A stretch of 64,000 bases of DNA from Isurus oxyrinchus (Eukaryota). The stretch's first letter is position 1. Each line of letters starts with the position of its first letter. The position numbers were made by a program, and so were the translations under genes. The DNA lies in assembly GCA_026770705.1 (NCBI GenBank), contig JANJGN010000071.1, positions 310,001 to 374,000 on the forward strand. Direction: 5' to 3'. The notes beneath the pieces were generated by a model. That model was not told the origin of the DNA. It was given only the letters and a program-made list of their open reading frames with translations, and ran no database searches. This document shows, piece after piece, positions 11,690 through 26,299 of the stretch.

Positions 11690-12300
11690 ATTACATGAGG
11701 GTAGGAGGAGGCCATTTGGCCCCTCGAGCCTGCTCCACCATTCAATGAGATCATGGCTGATCTGCAAACTAGCCCCATATGGCTTTGTCCCATCTCCTTT
11801 AATACCTTTGGATAACAAAAATCTATCAGTCTCACAGGTTTAAAATGAACAACTTGATCGTGCATCAGTTCCTGTTTGGGGAAGAGAGTTCCAAATTTCT
11901 CCCACCCTTTGTACTTCCTAATTTAATTCCTTTTTAGGCTCTGACCCCGAGTCCCAGACTCCCCCCAACCAGGGGAAATGGTTTCTCTTTATCGCCCCCG
12001 ATCTGTTCCCCTTATTATCATGTGAACTTTCATCAAATCTCCTGCTTAACATTCTAACTTCCAGGGAATACAAGCCGAGTTTGTGTTTAATCTCTCCTTG
12101 TGATTTAACCCTTGGAGTCCCGGTCTCATTCTGGTAAACTGACACTGCTCTCCCTCCGAGGTCAATATATCCTTCCTAAGGTGTGGGGCCCAGAATGTCT
12201 CACAGTGACTCCAGGTGTGGTCTAGCCAGGGCTTTATGTAGACTGAAGCATGACCTCTGCCCCCTTATATTCTAATCCGTGAGATAGAAAGGGCAGAGTT
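11690..12300 (-). mobile_element. CR1 LINE 3' fragment (mirror 44820-45430)
   Basis: GLEYKGAEVMLQ, KLGLYSLE..ML motifs. Confidence 0.7.
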
Positions 12301-13623
12301 CCAGAATTGTTGTGTTTATTCGACAACAGAATAACAGAGGAAGGTTTCCTCTCTGCCCTCTTCAGCCCCACTGGGAAGGTCAGGATGAGAAGGTTGGGCT
12401 GGGTCCCCTGTACTGGACACTCGCTGAATCTTCCAATGATAGTTCTGGGCTGGATTTCAAAACGCATAGACAAGGATTCAGTGTTCCATCACATTCTGCC
12501 TTTGTCTCTTTTCCTCTCGTTCTCTTTCTCTACCATCCTCTCTCTCTATCTATCTATCTTTCTCCTCATTCTCTCCTGCTTCATCTCTATCACTTTCTTT
12601 CTACTTCTTTGTGTGTCTCTGTCTGTCTCTCTCTCTCACTCTTTCTTTCCTTGTCCTTATCTCTTTCAGTGTCTCCCTCTTTCTCTCTCTCTCTCTCTCT
12701 CTAAATGTGCCCCTCTCTAACAGTTTGGCCCAGTACTCTTATTTCCCTGTTTTACTGGTGTTCCATTTGAAGGTATACAAGACCAGATCAGACCAGAATG
12801 TTTATTTTCCAGTGTTTACTGTGTTTTTTTCATTCTGGGTGTCTCTCGACTCTGTCTGTCCCTCTCTGTCCTTTTATTTCATTCTTTCATGTGATGTGGA
12901 CATCACTGCCTAGGCCAGCATTTATTGCCCAACCCTAACTGCCCTTGTTCAGAGGCCACTTTTTAAAAGTGAACCACATTGCTGTGGGTCTGGAGTCACA
13001 TGTAGGCCAGACCAGGTAAGGACAGCAGATTTCCCTCCCTAAAGGGCATTTGTGACCCAAATACAAGAATCAGCAATGGTTTCCTGGTCATCATCGGACT
13101 TTTAATTCCAGGTTTTTATTGAGTTCAAATTCCACCAACTGCTGTGGTGAGATTCTAACCAGGGTCCCAGGAGCATTACACTGGGTCTCTGGATTACTGG
13201 TCCAGTGAAAATACCATCAGGCCAACACCTCCCCACTCTTCCCTTCCACCATCTTTCACACTTGTTCTGTCTCTCTCTCACTCTCCTTCTCTCTTCTCCC
13301 TCTCTCAGTCTCTGTCTGTCTCTCAATCTCTCTATCGCTCTCTATCTCCTGGAGGCTCTCTCTCTGACTGTCTCCCTCCCTATATCTGTAACCTCCCCTC
13401 TCTCTCCCTTTCCTCCAGCCCCTACAACCCTCCCTAAGGCAGCCTCCACCTGCCTCTACAATCCTCCCCATCTCTGTAACCACCTTCAACCCCTACACCC
13501 CTCCCTATATCTGTAACCACCTCCAACCCCCACAACTCTCCCCATCTCTGTAACCACCTTCAACCCCTACACCCCTCCCTATACCTGTAACCTCCTCCAG
13601 CCCCTGTAACCCTCCCTATCTCT

Positions 13624-14854
13624 TGAAGGGTTCTCAAATTTCCCACATTTTCCACATCATCAACAAGGATATCACTTTTGCACCTTTAAACTGCTGAGTT
13701 AAGTGGAAAACCCTGCAGACAGGAGGCTGGGCCCATGAAGGCCTGGGGCTGCACATGTCCGGGCTTATTGAGAGCAGTGTGGAATGTTTGGCCTGAAACC
13801 AGACAACGAGAGGAGACAGAATACGCATTCTTCCCTTTAATACAATCAACCCAGAGAAAGACTTCACTTCACACGCAACTGAAGCCCATCTAAATCTTGC
13901 ATCAATAATCGCTCCTAACTTCTGAGGCCGGCAATTTAATTATGCGAACCCATCAATACTCCACACATACAATGGCTTTCAGTTCAAAACTAGTTACTGG
14001 GCAAGAAGACAATGATAAACATCATGCGAGCCCATTAACAACAACGAGACATCAATCACCTGGGGAAGCCCACCAAAGACAAACAAAGAACGAACCTTGA
14101 TTTGGATTGCGATAAGAAACTCGAAAGGCAGTATAACTGGGCAGTCAGTTGGGAGAGAAACCAGCCAGCAGAAGGGTTGCAGTGTTGAAAGCTGACACAG
14201 GGCAGTGAGCAGTTGGGAGCGGCTGAAGCAGAGTTTAAGCAAGGAGATCTGGAGGTTTGCAGGCCCACAGGCAACATCACGGTGAGGGGCACGGGGTGGC
14301 AGGCTCAACCGAAGACAACAAGGCCACAACCGCTGCCCTCCATGAAGATCGACCACCCACAACCGCGCCCTCCACCCAACTGAAGACCCTTCACAGATTC
14401 CACAGACCAGGACCACGTGGGGATGACAGGCCCCAGAGGACACTAAGAGCGTCCCCCAAAACTGCAACCGGCTTACCTGGCTGGATTTCCAACTGTCGAG
14501 GAACCCTGGGTTGGTGAGCGTGACCCCTGACCTCTCCTAGTGCAATTTAGTTAGGGATGGGGGGTGGGACAAGGGTAAGGGCATTAGTAGCGTGATTCTC
14601 CCTCGTTATGCCATGTGTTCCCTATTCTTAACTCAGTGTACTTTGTAAGTCTGTATAATCTCAGTGTCATCCTAATGTTAGAAGTTCATTTGTGACTTCA
14701 ATAAACTCAGTTTTTGTCTTGCACCAAAACCAGTTGTCTGCTGCACTTTGTGACAAGCCCCGAATAAGTCCAAGGTCTAGAACCCAGGGAGTGGGAGTGA
14801 TTCAGACGGCTCAGAAGTCGCAGGTGAAGCTGACACACACCACCACACCCTACA
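13624..14854 (+). mobile_element. Probable solo LTR ~1.2 kb (mirror ~43052-44282)
   Basis: TGAA start, CA end, AATAAA ~14700; sits between two different satellites; no TSD. Confidence 0.5.
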
Positions 14855-15265
14855 AGGGGCTGAATGGCCTCCTCCTGTTCCTGTGTAACGGGCATCAGTG
14901 GCTGAATGGGCCTCGTCCTTTTTCTGTGTAACAGGCTCAATGGGGCTGAATGGGCCTCCTCCTGTTCTTGTGTAACAGGCTCGAGGGGGCTGAATGGGCC
15001 TCCTCCAGTTCCTGTGTAACAGGCTTGAGGAGCTAAATGGGCCTCCTCCTGTTCCTGTGTAACAGACATCAGTGGCTGAATGGGCTTGCTCCTGTTCCTG
15101 TGTAACAGTCTTGAGGGGGCTGAATGGCCTCTTCCTGTATCTGTGTAACAGGCTCAATGGGCTGAATGGCCCCCTTCTGTTCCTGTGTAACAGTCTCGAG
15201 GGGGCTGAATGGGCCTCTTCCTGTTCCTGTGTAACAGGCTCAAGGGGCTGAATGGCCTCCTTCTG
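14855..15265 (-). repeat. 43-44-bp minisatellite (ACAGGAACAGGAGGAGGCCCATTCAGCCCCTCGAGCCTGTTAC); mirror 42725-43050
   Basis: Tandem units. Confidence 0.9.
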
Positions 15266-15504
15266 CTCTGTAAACTTGTTGTGATACTGTAACTGCCTCT
15301 TTGGTTTCATTCAGCTGAATCTTCAGCTCTTCAGTCTCTTCCTTGTATCTCTTGCCTTCCTCCTGGAACATTGGACATGGTTGGGTCTTCCCTGCCAACT
15401 GTTTCTTCAGTTTGCTCAGAGCGGCACAGAATTCGCTTTCTTTCTCTTCAGGATTTTCCAGTGGAACCAACTCTGACCTGAGGGACACTTGCAGCCTGTG
15501 AGGA

Positions 15505-16206
15505 TGCTTCAATTCTTCAAACTCATTCCGAGATACACTCTCATATTCCCCCAGCAACTCAGCAACTCCTCCAGTGAAACATTTCAGAGCAGCTGAGCTT
15601 GGTTTTCTGGAACCAGTCTCGGCCCAGAAGACTAGGGCCCTCACCTGTCGCTATGATCACTGGAAGCTGGGCTGTCTGCTGCCTGTAGGACACAGGTACT
15701 GGGATGAGGTCCTTTCCCTGTATGGATTCTCCAGTGTGTGTCTTCAGCTGATCCATTGTTGGCTCTAAATTCAGCGTCTGGGTTCCTTCATTTAGCTGTT
15801 TAAATGTGGGCTCTTCCACCACTGTGTCTGAGGCTCCCGTATCTGCCCCATTACTAGTGGCTGCCCATTCACTTGGGTTGTGATGGTTATAGGTTCAGTT
15901 TTTACCACTGTGACATTGGACAGGGAATAGACATCGGTATCAGCAGCTTCAGGCTCTGTGATATTATTCACTTCCATCATGTTGGTGCACTGCCTGATGG
16001 GCTGTCTCGATTTCACCCTGCATTGCTTTATTACCCGCCCCTTTCTTGTGGCAGTGATGGCATTCTGCCCCCTTGGACCTGCAGGTGTCCAGTACGTGCT
16101 CAATGCCCCCCACATCGAGAACAGACCAACTTCGGAGTTGCTGCTGAAATACTCCCACGAAGCCTTTTAGTTTCTGGAGCGGCAGAGACTGTCTCTCGCT
16201 TGGCGG

Positions 16207-16245
<39 letters not shown>

Positions 16246-16645
16246 GTTTGAGCCTCACGCCCGGTGGTTGTTTCCTGTCCCAGCTGAGGACTGGTGCCAT
16301 GTTGTACATCCTGTAAATCCCGCCAGTCTCTCCCAGCACTTTCCATGCCTGGCGCTATTTTCATGGAGCGCTTCAAATTGATGTCGGCTTCTGCGAGTAA
16401 ACGGCTCTGAATGGCGTTGAGGTGAACGACACAAACCAATCGGCCCCGCAACATGTCATTGAGTGTGTCTCCGAGGTCCCAGTGCTCAGTCACCTGCTTC
16501 CACTTCACTGTATAGGTTGCGATGGACTCTCCCTGGGCCCTTACTCTGGAGTTAAACTTAAACCTTTTCATTATTACCCACGGCTTCAGCTGAAAACACA
16601 TCTTCATGAGGTCGACTAATTGGTGAAAAAATTTAGAATTGGGTG
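15505..16645 (-). mobile_element. Gypsy (K02A2.6-like) gag-protease relic, left arm
   Basis: RFKFNSR, LNDMLRGRLVC, CCHC remnant, DTGAS, GPSLLGRDW. Confidence 0.85.
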
Positions 16646-17802
16646 CAATACATGTCACTGTCTTCAGCTCTGAGACTGTCAATCCTCACCAAACAATTCT
16701 TCCCTTCCAAGTCGCCGATTATTTTAGCACGTCCCACGAATGTGGCCACCCCATAATTGGGATCTTTGGTGTATGTGATGGTATATTTCCATCTATACCA
16801 ATATTTATACCAAGCTCCGTGCAGTGCTGTGTAAGAGTGGGAAGGAAAGTCAAAAAGCTACACGGAATAACCACACAAGAGCTGCTGATGGCCCTCCGAG
16901 GTAGCGCCTTCATAGACCATCCCTCTGACGTCACTCCTGAAAGGCAACAAGGGAGGGGACTGAACATCAAAAAGCAGAATATTACTTCAATGGAGAGAGT
17001 CTACAGAATGCGGTACAGAGGGATCTGGGTGTCCTTGTACATGAATCACAGAAAGTCAGCATTCAGGAACAGCACGGAATGAGGAAGGCAAGTGGAATGT
17101 TGGCCTTTATTGCAAAGGGATGGAGTATAAAAGGAGGGGAGTCTTGCTACAACTGTACAGGGCGTTGGTGAGATTGTATCAGGAGCAGTGTGTACAGTTC
17201 TGGTCTCCTTACTTAGGGAGGGATAGACTCTGCATTGGAGGCAGTTCAGAGGAGGTTCACTGGGCTGATTCCTGGGATGAAGGGGGTTTGTCTTATGAGG
17301 AAATGTTGAGCAGGTTGGGCCCTGTATCCATTGGAGTTTAGAAGAATGAGAGGTGATCTTATTGAAACATATAAGATTCTGAGGTGGTGGGGGGTTTGAC
17401 AGGGTGGATGCTGAGGGGATGTTACCCCTTGTGGGGGAATCCTGTGAAGCAATAAGGATGTTTTACTGCATTAAAGGTGCTATATAAATGCACTGTCATT
17501 CCTATTGAAACAAGCTCTCTGATGCACAAACAGAAAATGCTGGAAAAACACAGCAGGTCTGACAGCATCTGTGGAGAGAGCAACAGAGTTGGTGTTTCGA
17601 GTCCGTATGAGACTTTTGCTTTTGCTAAATTCTCTGACTCGCTATTCACTCACTCTCTGTGTGATCACTAACCCTGTTCTCTATAATTAAATGTTCACTT
17701 CCTCACTCCAGGAAAGAATCCAATTCCCTGAGTTCCGATCAGTAATGAATTTGTACCTTGCAGCAAGCTGATGAAGATCAATATCAGACCGACCTCTCCC
17801 AT
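16634..17802 (-). pseudogene. Siglec-like pseudogene, left arm: leader exon 17802-17757, V-set exon 16936-~16645
   Basis: Leader MGEVGLILIFISLLQ|gt; V-set SCVVIPCSF...GDLEGKNCLVRIDSLRAEDSD; 2-nt insertion frameshift at ~16852 (A5 vs A3 in the right copy); cut by Gypsy gag before the F-strand Arg. Confidence 0.85.
17025..17440 (+). mobile_element. CR1 LINE 3' fragment in pseudogene intron (mirror 40560-40980)
   Basis: MEYKRRGVLLQLYRALVR...CVQFWSPYL. Confidence 0.8.
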
Positions 17803-18065
17803 CTTCAGTTCCTCATCTAAATGGAAATGATAAAGACAGAGACTTTTTCAGAAATTGTCCCCAGCGTTTCTTCCTCAAACAACAACTTGTGGTTAAATGG
17901 CACCTTTCAGTGAGTTAAACAGCCCCAGGGAATAAACTAATGTCAAGACAAGGAAGGAGAGATTGAGAAGGGACATCGCAAACCAATTCACCAAACACGG
18001 CAAAAATTCATTGTTCCCTCACTCCCTGTGCTGGGTGTCCAGCTTTTTCTCTCAGTGAGTTTAGT

Positions 18066-20132
18066 CCTCACAATCTGTCTCTATCACACTCTTCTGCTCT
18101 ATCTCTCTCTCTCACACACACATTCTCTCTCTAACGCTCACAATCTGTCTCTATCACACTCTTCTGCTCTCTCTCTCTCTCTCTCACACACACACATTCT
18201 CTCTCTAACACTCACAATCTCTCTCTATCTCACTCTTCTGCTCTATCTCTCTCTCTCTCTCACACACATTCTCTCTCTAACACTCACAATCTCTCTCTAT
18301 CGCACTCTTCTGCTCTATCTCTCTCTCTCACACACACACACATTCTCTCTCTAACACTCACAATCTCTCTCTATCACACTCTTCTGCTCTATCTCTCGTT
18401 CACTCACACACATTCTCTCTCTAACACTCAATCTCTCTCAAATGCACTCTTCTGCTCTATCTCTCTCTCACACACACACATTCTCTCTCTAACACTCACA
18501 ATCTATCTCTATCGCACTCTTCTGCTCTATCTCTCTCTCTCACACACACACCTTCTCTCTAACACTCACAATCTCTCTCTATCACACTCTTCTGCTCTAT
18601 CTCTCTCTCTCACACACACACATTCTCTCTCTAACACTCACAATCTCTCTCTATCACACTCTTCTGCTCTATCTCTCTCTCTCACAAACACATGCTCTCT
18701 CTAACACTCACAATCTCTCTCGCACTTTTTTGCTGTATCTCTCTCTCTTTCACACACACACATTCTCTCTTTAACACTCACAATCTCTCTCTATCACACT
18801 CTTCTGCTCTATCTCTCTCACACACACACCTTCTCTCTCTAACAAACACAATCTCTCTCTATCGCACTCTACTGCTCTCTCTCTCTCTCTCACAAACACA
18901 ATCTCTCTCTATCGCACTCTTCTGCTCGCTCTCTCTCTCTCACACACACACATTCTCTCTCTAACACTCACAATCTCTCTCTATCGCACTCTTCTGCTCT
19001 ATCTCTCTCTCACACACATAATCTCTCTCTCTAACAATCACAATCTCTCTCTATCGCACTCTTCTGCTCTATCTCTCTCTCACACACACACATTCTCTCT
19101 CTAACACTCACAATCTCTCTCTATCACACTCTTCTGCTCTATATCTCTCTCTCTCTCACACACATTCTCTCTCAAACACTCACAATCTCTCTCTGTCACA
19201 CTCTTCTGCTCTATCTCTCTCTCTCACACACACATTCTCTCTCTAACACTAACAATCTCTATCACACTCTTCTGCTCTATCTCCTTCTCTCTCACACACA
19301 CACATTCTCTCTCTAACACTCACAATCTCTATCTATCGCACTCTTCTGCTCTATCTCTCTCTCTCACACACATTCTCTCTCTAACACTCACAATCTCTCT
19401 CTATCACACTCTTCTGCTCTAACTCTCTCTCTCACACACACACATTGTCTCTCTAACACTCACAATCTCTCTCTATCACACTCCTCTGCTCTCTCTCTCT
19501 CTCTCACACACACACATTCTCTCTCTAACACTCACAATCTCTCTCTATCACACTCCTCTGCTCTCTCTCTCTCTCTCACACACACACATTCTCTCTCTAA
19601 CACTCACAATCTCTCACTATCGCACTCTTCTGCTCTATCTCTCTCTCTCACACACACATTCTCTCTCTAACACTCACAATCTCTTTCTATCGCACTCTTC
19701 TGCTCTATCTCTCTCTCACACACACACATTCTCTCTCTAACAAACACAATCTCTCTCTATCGCACTCTTCTGCTCTATCTCTCTCTCTCTCACACACACA
19801 TTCTCTCTCTAACACTCACAATCTCTCTCTATCACACTCTTCTGCTCTCTCTCTCTCTCTCTCACACACACACATTCTCTCTCTAACACTCACAATCTCT
19901 CTCTATCACACTCTTCTGCTCTATCTCTCTCTCTCACACACACATTCTCTCTCTAACACTCACAATCTCTCTCTATCACAATCTTCTGCTCTCTCTCTCT
20001 CTCTCTCACACACACACATTCTCTCTCTAACACTCACAATCTCTCTCTATCACACTCTTCTGCTCTATCTCTCTCACACACACACACATTCTCTCTCTAA
20101 CACTCACAATCTCTCTCTATCGCAATCTTCTG

Positions 20133-20163
<31 letters not shown>

Positions 20164-21686
20164 TCTCTCTCTAACACTCACAATCTCTCTCTATCGCAAT
20201 CTTCTGCTCTCTCTCTCTCTCTCTCACACACACACATTCTCTCTCTAACACTCACAATCTCTCTCTATCACACTCTTCTGCTCTCTCTCTCTCACACACA
20301 CATTCTCTCTCTAACACTCACAATCTCTCTCTATCACACTCTTCTGCTCTATCTCTCTCTCTCACACACACACATTCTCTCTCTAACACTCACAATCTCT
20401 CTCTATCGCACTCTTCTGCTCTATCTCTCTCTCTCACACACATTCTCTCTCTAACACTCACAATCTCTCTCTATCACACTCTTCTGCTCTATCTCTCTCT
20501 CTCTCACACACACATTCTCTCTCTAACACTCACAATCTCGCTCTATCGCACTCTTCTGCTCTATCTCTCTCACACACACACATTCTCTCTCTAACACTCA
20601 CAATCTCTCTCTATCACACTCTTCTGCTCTATCTCTCTCTCTCACACACACATTCTCTCTCTATCACTCACAATCTCTATCACACTCTTCTGCTCTATCT
20701 CCCTCTCTCTCACACACACACATTCTCTCTCTAACACTCACAATCTCTATCTATCGCACTCTTCTGCTCTATCTCTCTCTCTCACACACATTCTCTCTCT
20801 AACACTCACAATCTCTCTCTATCACACTCTTCTGCTCTAACTCTCTCTCTCACACACACACATTGTCTCTCTAACACTCACAATCTCTCTCTGTCGCACT
20901 CTTCTGCTCTATCTCTCTCTCACACACACACACATTCTCTCTCTAACACTCACAATCTCTCTCTATCACACTCTTCTGCTCTATCTCTCTCTCACACACA
21001 CACATTCTCTCTCTAACACTCACAATCTCTCTCTATCACACTCCTCTGCTCTCTCTCTCTCTCTCACACACACACATTCTCTCTCTAACACTCACAATCT
21101 CTCTCTATCGCACTCTTCTGCTCTATCTCTCTCTCTCTCACACACACATTCTCTCTCTAACACTCACAATCTCTCTCTATCTCACTCTTCTGCTCTATCT
21201 CTCTCTCTCTCACACACATTCTCTCTCTAACAAACACAATCTCTCTCTATCGCACTCTTCTGCTCTCTCTCTCTCTCTCACACACACATTCTCTCTCTAA
21301 CACTCACAATCTCTCTCTATCACACTCTTCTGCTCTCTCTCTCTCTCTCTCACACACACACATTCTCTCTCTAACACTCACAATCTCTCTCTATCACACT
21401 CTTCTGCTCTATCTCTCTCTCTCACACACACATTCTCTCTCTAACACTCACAATCTCTCTCTATCACAATCTTCTGCTCTCTCTCTCTCTCTCTCACACA
21501 CACACATTCTCTCTCTAACACTCACAATCTCTCTCTATCGCACTCTTCTGCTCTCTCTCTCTCACACACACATTCTCTCTCTAACAATCACAATCTCTCT
21601 CTATAACACTCTTCTGCTCTATCTCTCTCTCTCTCACACACATTCTCTCTCTAACACTCACAATCTCTCTCTATCGCAATCTTCTG

Positions 21687-21718
<32 letters not shown>

Positions 21719-21904
21719 TTCTCTCTCTAACCCTCACAATCTCTCTCTATCACACTCTTCTGCTCTATCTCTCTCACACACACACACATTCTCTCTCTAA
21801 CACTCACAATCTCTCTCTATCACACTCCTCTGCTCTATCTCTCTCTCACACACACACACATTCTCTCTCTAACACTCACAATCTCTCTCTATCGCAATCT
21901 TCTG

Positions 21905-21937
<33 letters not shown>

Positions 21938-23150
21938 TCTCTCTCTAACACTCACAATCTCTCTCTATCACACTCTTCTGCTCTATCTCTCTCTCTCACA
22001 CACACACACATTCTCTCTCTAACACTCACAATCTCTCTCTATCACACTCTTCTGCTCTATCTCTCTCTCTCTCTCACACACACATTCTCTCTCTAACACT
22101 CACAATCTCTCTCTATTGCAATCTTCTGCTCTCTCTCTCTCACACACACACACATTCTCTCTCTAACACTCACAATCTCTCTCTATCGCAATCTTCTGCT
22201 CTCTCTCTCTCTCTCTCACACACACACATTCTCTCTCTAACACTCACAATCTCTCTCTATCACACTCTTCTGCTCTCTCTCTCTCACACACAAATTCTCT
22301 CTCTAACACTCACAATCTCTCTCTATCACACTCTTCTGCTCTATCTCTCTCTCACACACACACACATTCTCTCTCTAACACTCACAATCTCTGTCTATCG
22401 CACTCTTCTGCTCTATCTCTCTCTCTCACACACACACATTCTCTCTCTAACACTCACAATCTCTCTCTATCGCACTCTTCTGCTCTATCTCTCTCTCCTT
22501 CACACACACACATTCTCTCTCTAACACTCACAATCTCTCTCTATCGCACTCTTCTGCTCTATCTCTCTCTCTCTCACACACACATTCTCTCTCTAACACT
22601 CACAATCTCTCTCTATCGCACTCTTCTGCTCTATCTCTCTCACACACACACATTCTCTCTCTAACACTCACAATCTCTCTCTATCACACTCTTCTGCTCT
22701 ATCTCTCTCTCTCACACACACATTCTCTCTGTCTCCCTCCCTCAAATACATTCTCTCTCTCTCTCAGACACAAACACTCTCTCACACACTCACACACTTT
22801 CCCTAAAACTAACACAATCTCTCTTTCTGTCAAGCACCCACTCTCTCTCACACACACACACTCTCTCTCTCAGACACACACATTCTCTCTCTCTCAAACA
22901 TTTAACATTTCTCTTCATCTCGATCTTCTGCTGTCTCCCTCTTTCTCTCCCTCGCACACACACACACTCTCTGTCACAAACACACTCTCTCTCCCACACA
23001 CTCTCTCTCATGCACTCTCACATGCACACTCTCTCCCTCATATACAAACACTCTCCCTCACACATGCACACACTCTCTCTATCTCTTTTTCTCTCTCACA
23101 CAGTCTCTCTGTCTCTCTCTGTCTCTCAGACACTCTCTCTCTCTCTGATA
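18066..23150. repeat. ~70-bp CT/CA compound satellite (~4.7 kb) and degenerate flank
   Basis: Unit ctcacaatctctctctatcacactcttctgctctatctctctctcacacacacattctctctctaaca; only a few units (plus an N gap) at 39140-39930. Confidence 0.95.
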
Positions 23151-26100
23151 CAGAATGTTTTAAGACCTGCTCATGTTTTCAGCTCAAAACCTAGGTAGAT
23201 TCTCCCCAGTGAGGGAGTGGTGAGGGAGTGCTGCACTGGCAGAGGATCAGTACTGAGGGCGTGCTGCACTTTCAGAGGATCAGTACTGAACACAATGTCC
23301 ATTCAGAACAGCTCGGTCCCCGATCAGAGAAACAGCCTCAGACAGAACCAACTGACGCTGGAATCCATACAATTCATCAACGTGTTGGGAGTTAGTTTGA
23401 TGCCGGAGTTGGAGTGTTACTGGGAAGGATGGAACCCGTCAGGATGAACAGCTCGATGTACGACAAGGAAAGGATGAGCTAAGAGGGGTTGGTCACGGAC
23501 AAACGGAGCGTGTGAAGACTCAACAAGCTAATGGCAGGTGAAGAGCTGGAAAGGTGTCTTTTCAACACAAGGTTTAGACACAGAACTCGATGTTTGATTG
23601 GGTATTTCAAACCAGAGAAACTCTTTACAGGGTGTTTGGACCTTGTCAATAATCCATCCAGCCAACCTCGCCTGGAGATTAGTCCAATATTAGACACTAA
23701 ACCGAGTCCCCCGTCTGCCCTCTCGGGCGGGTGTGAAAGATCCCACAGCCACTATTTGGAGGAAGAGCAGGGGGAGATCTCCCCGGTGTCCTGGCACCAA
23801 TATTTATCCCTCACCCAACATCACCAAAAACAGATGATCACATTGCTGTTTGTGGAAGCTTGCTGTGCGCTAATTGGCTGCTGCGTTTCCTACATTACAA
23901 CAGTAACCACACTTCGAAAAAAGGGTGAACTCAACTGTAAAGTGTTCTGGGACATCCAGAGACCATGCTGTACAGAAGAGATTTGACAGGAGCAGCAAGT
24001 GTTTTACTTACAGGAGAATGAGTCCCCAGGGTTGTAGAGTCAATCCTGTCAGATGAATGACTAACTGGAGACACTTCAGGGAGCTGATCTAATTCTGGAA
24101 ATGTTCAGTTTAGCAGGATCGGAGGAGAGATGATCTTCCTCTCCTGACTGCATCGGACACGAGGTGAACTGGCTCTGGGAGGAGGGTCAGTGTTAACCCA
24201 GTTTTTCTGTGTTTGAGGGAGATGTGAAACTGGGGAAGTCACGTGGTTTTTTGGTGTGGTCACTCCATGTCTTTATTTGGTGCAGCACTCATTTAGTTCA
24301 TGTCGTTGTTTCAATGCTACAAAACCACAGCGCATTCTGGACTATTCCTGCCTGACCTGCTGTCAGATACACACAGTCTGACAGAGAGGAGGAAAAGTGA
24401 TCCCTAGCAACGTGTGAAACTGTAAACTCGACTCAGTCAGATTGCACACGCAGACACACACACACACGTACACACATTTTCTCTTGTTCATTCTTTTAAA
24501 CACACACACTCCCTCTCAAATACACACACCCTCTCTCGCACACTCCTTCTCTCAAACACATACACCCTCTCTCTCAAACACACACACACACACACGCTCT
24601 CACGCACACGCTCTCTCACATACACACTCTCTCTTTCACACACACACTATCTAACACCCACAGATTCTCTCTCTTTCTTTCACTCTCACACATAAGCTCT
24701 CTCTCTAACACAGACATTCCCTTTCTCTCACACACACTCTCTCTCTCACACAATTCAGCTACCTCACTCTCTCATGCGTACACACTCTACCTCTCTTTTG
24801 CTCTCTCACACATTTTCTCTTTCTCTCTATCCTTCTCTCTCGCACACATACGCACTGTCACTCTCTCACACACACATTGTCTCTCTTTCTCACACACGCA
24901 CTCACTCTCTCTCTCTCTCTCTCCAAGACAGCAGGTTGGGGTTTTCAAACCATCTCAAGGTTTCAGCTCAAAACCCAGATGGACTCTCCCCAGTGAGGGA
25001 GTGCTGAGGGAGTGCTGCACTGTTGGAGGGTCAATATTGAGGGAGTGCTGCACTGTCAGAGGGTCAGTACTGAGGGAGTGCTGCACTGTCAGGAGGTTAG
25101 TACTGAGGGAAACCCTGCTCTATCAAAGGGTCAGTACTAAGGCAGTGCTGAACTGTCAGAGGGTCAGTACTTAGGGAGTGCTGCACTGTCAGAGGGTCAG
25201 TACTCAGGGAGTGCTGCACTGTTGGAGGGTTAGCACTGAGGGAGTGCTGCACTTCCAGAGGGTCAATACTGAAGGAGTGCTGCACTCTCAAAGCGTCAAT
25301 GCTGAGGGAGTGCTGCACTGTCAGAGGGTGGACACTGAGGGAATGCTGCTCTGTCAGACCTGCCATATTTCAGATGATGTTTGAAATTAGCAACATGCCT
25401 CATGTATAATTATATATCATCAACTCAAAATAAATAGATTATTCCTGTACATTTCACTTTACTGTAAATTGTTTGCAGTTTCATCTCCTTAGAAGCCAGG
25501 CTTGTGTGATCACTATTTTTAAATAACATTAATAATAAAGATGCGACAATCCACATGCACACATGTACACACACACACACACACACACACACTCTCATGT
25601 GTAGGCACATACATGCACATTTACACACAGTCATACACGTGCAAAAACCTACACAGAAACATACACACACTCAACTCACACACACACACTCACACGTGCA
25701 CACACATACACATACACATGTACACACATTCACTTATGCACAGAAATATACACAAAGACACACGCACATTTGCGCAAACACATACACACATGCACACACA
25801 GACACATGCATGCATACTCACACAAACATACTCACATATGTAGAAACACAAACACATACACATAAACGCGCGTGAGGTCCCTCTTCTCTCTCAGGGCTGC
25901 ACTGGAGTCTCGGTGTCAGCTCCGATTCTGTGTTGAAGGAAGGTAAACTCCAGATCAACAAGACCCTGAACTGGATGAGCAACCTCCTGAACAGAGAATT
26001 GTAGATTTACCCCTCAGTGCTCCATCGATCAAATACAATTCATTCCCGTAAATCCCTTGGCAAAATCCAGAGGATGTGAAAGTTTCTTTCATTCTAGGTG

Positions 26101-26299
26101 GACAGCGCCTCTACTGGTGGGAGAATGTAACTGTAGTTTGACTGTTTACATCGGCAGTGTCCATTATAAATTTGACAGTGGAAGTTATATGGAGGGAAGG
26201 TATCTGGAAATGCATACAGACATCAGATACAGAGAGATGATGCATGGAGTCTTGCTGTGCACGCTGCTTGCTCACATTAAACACTTGATTTGTTCTTAG

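Larger units (their letters stand above)
8362..25600. repeat. Left arm of large inverted segmental duplication
   Basis: Reverse complement of ~37190-49843 across unique sequence (hepcidin exons 1-2, LTR, Gypsy, V pseudo-exon, leader exon, 24320-24440, 25360-25560); mirrored ORF pairs in the ORF track. Confidence 0.92.

Noticed and set aside
23285-23560. Possible leucine-rich-repeat (NLR-like) exon fragment LRQNQLTLESIQFI in the left-arm-only insert
   Set aside because: Single weak motif, no convincing splice sites or neighbouring repeats
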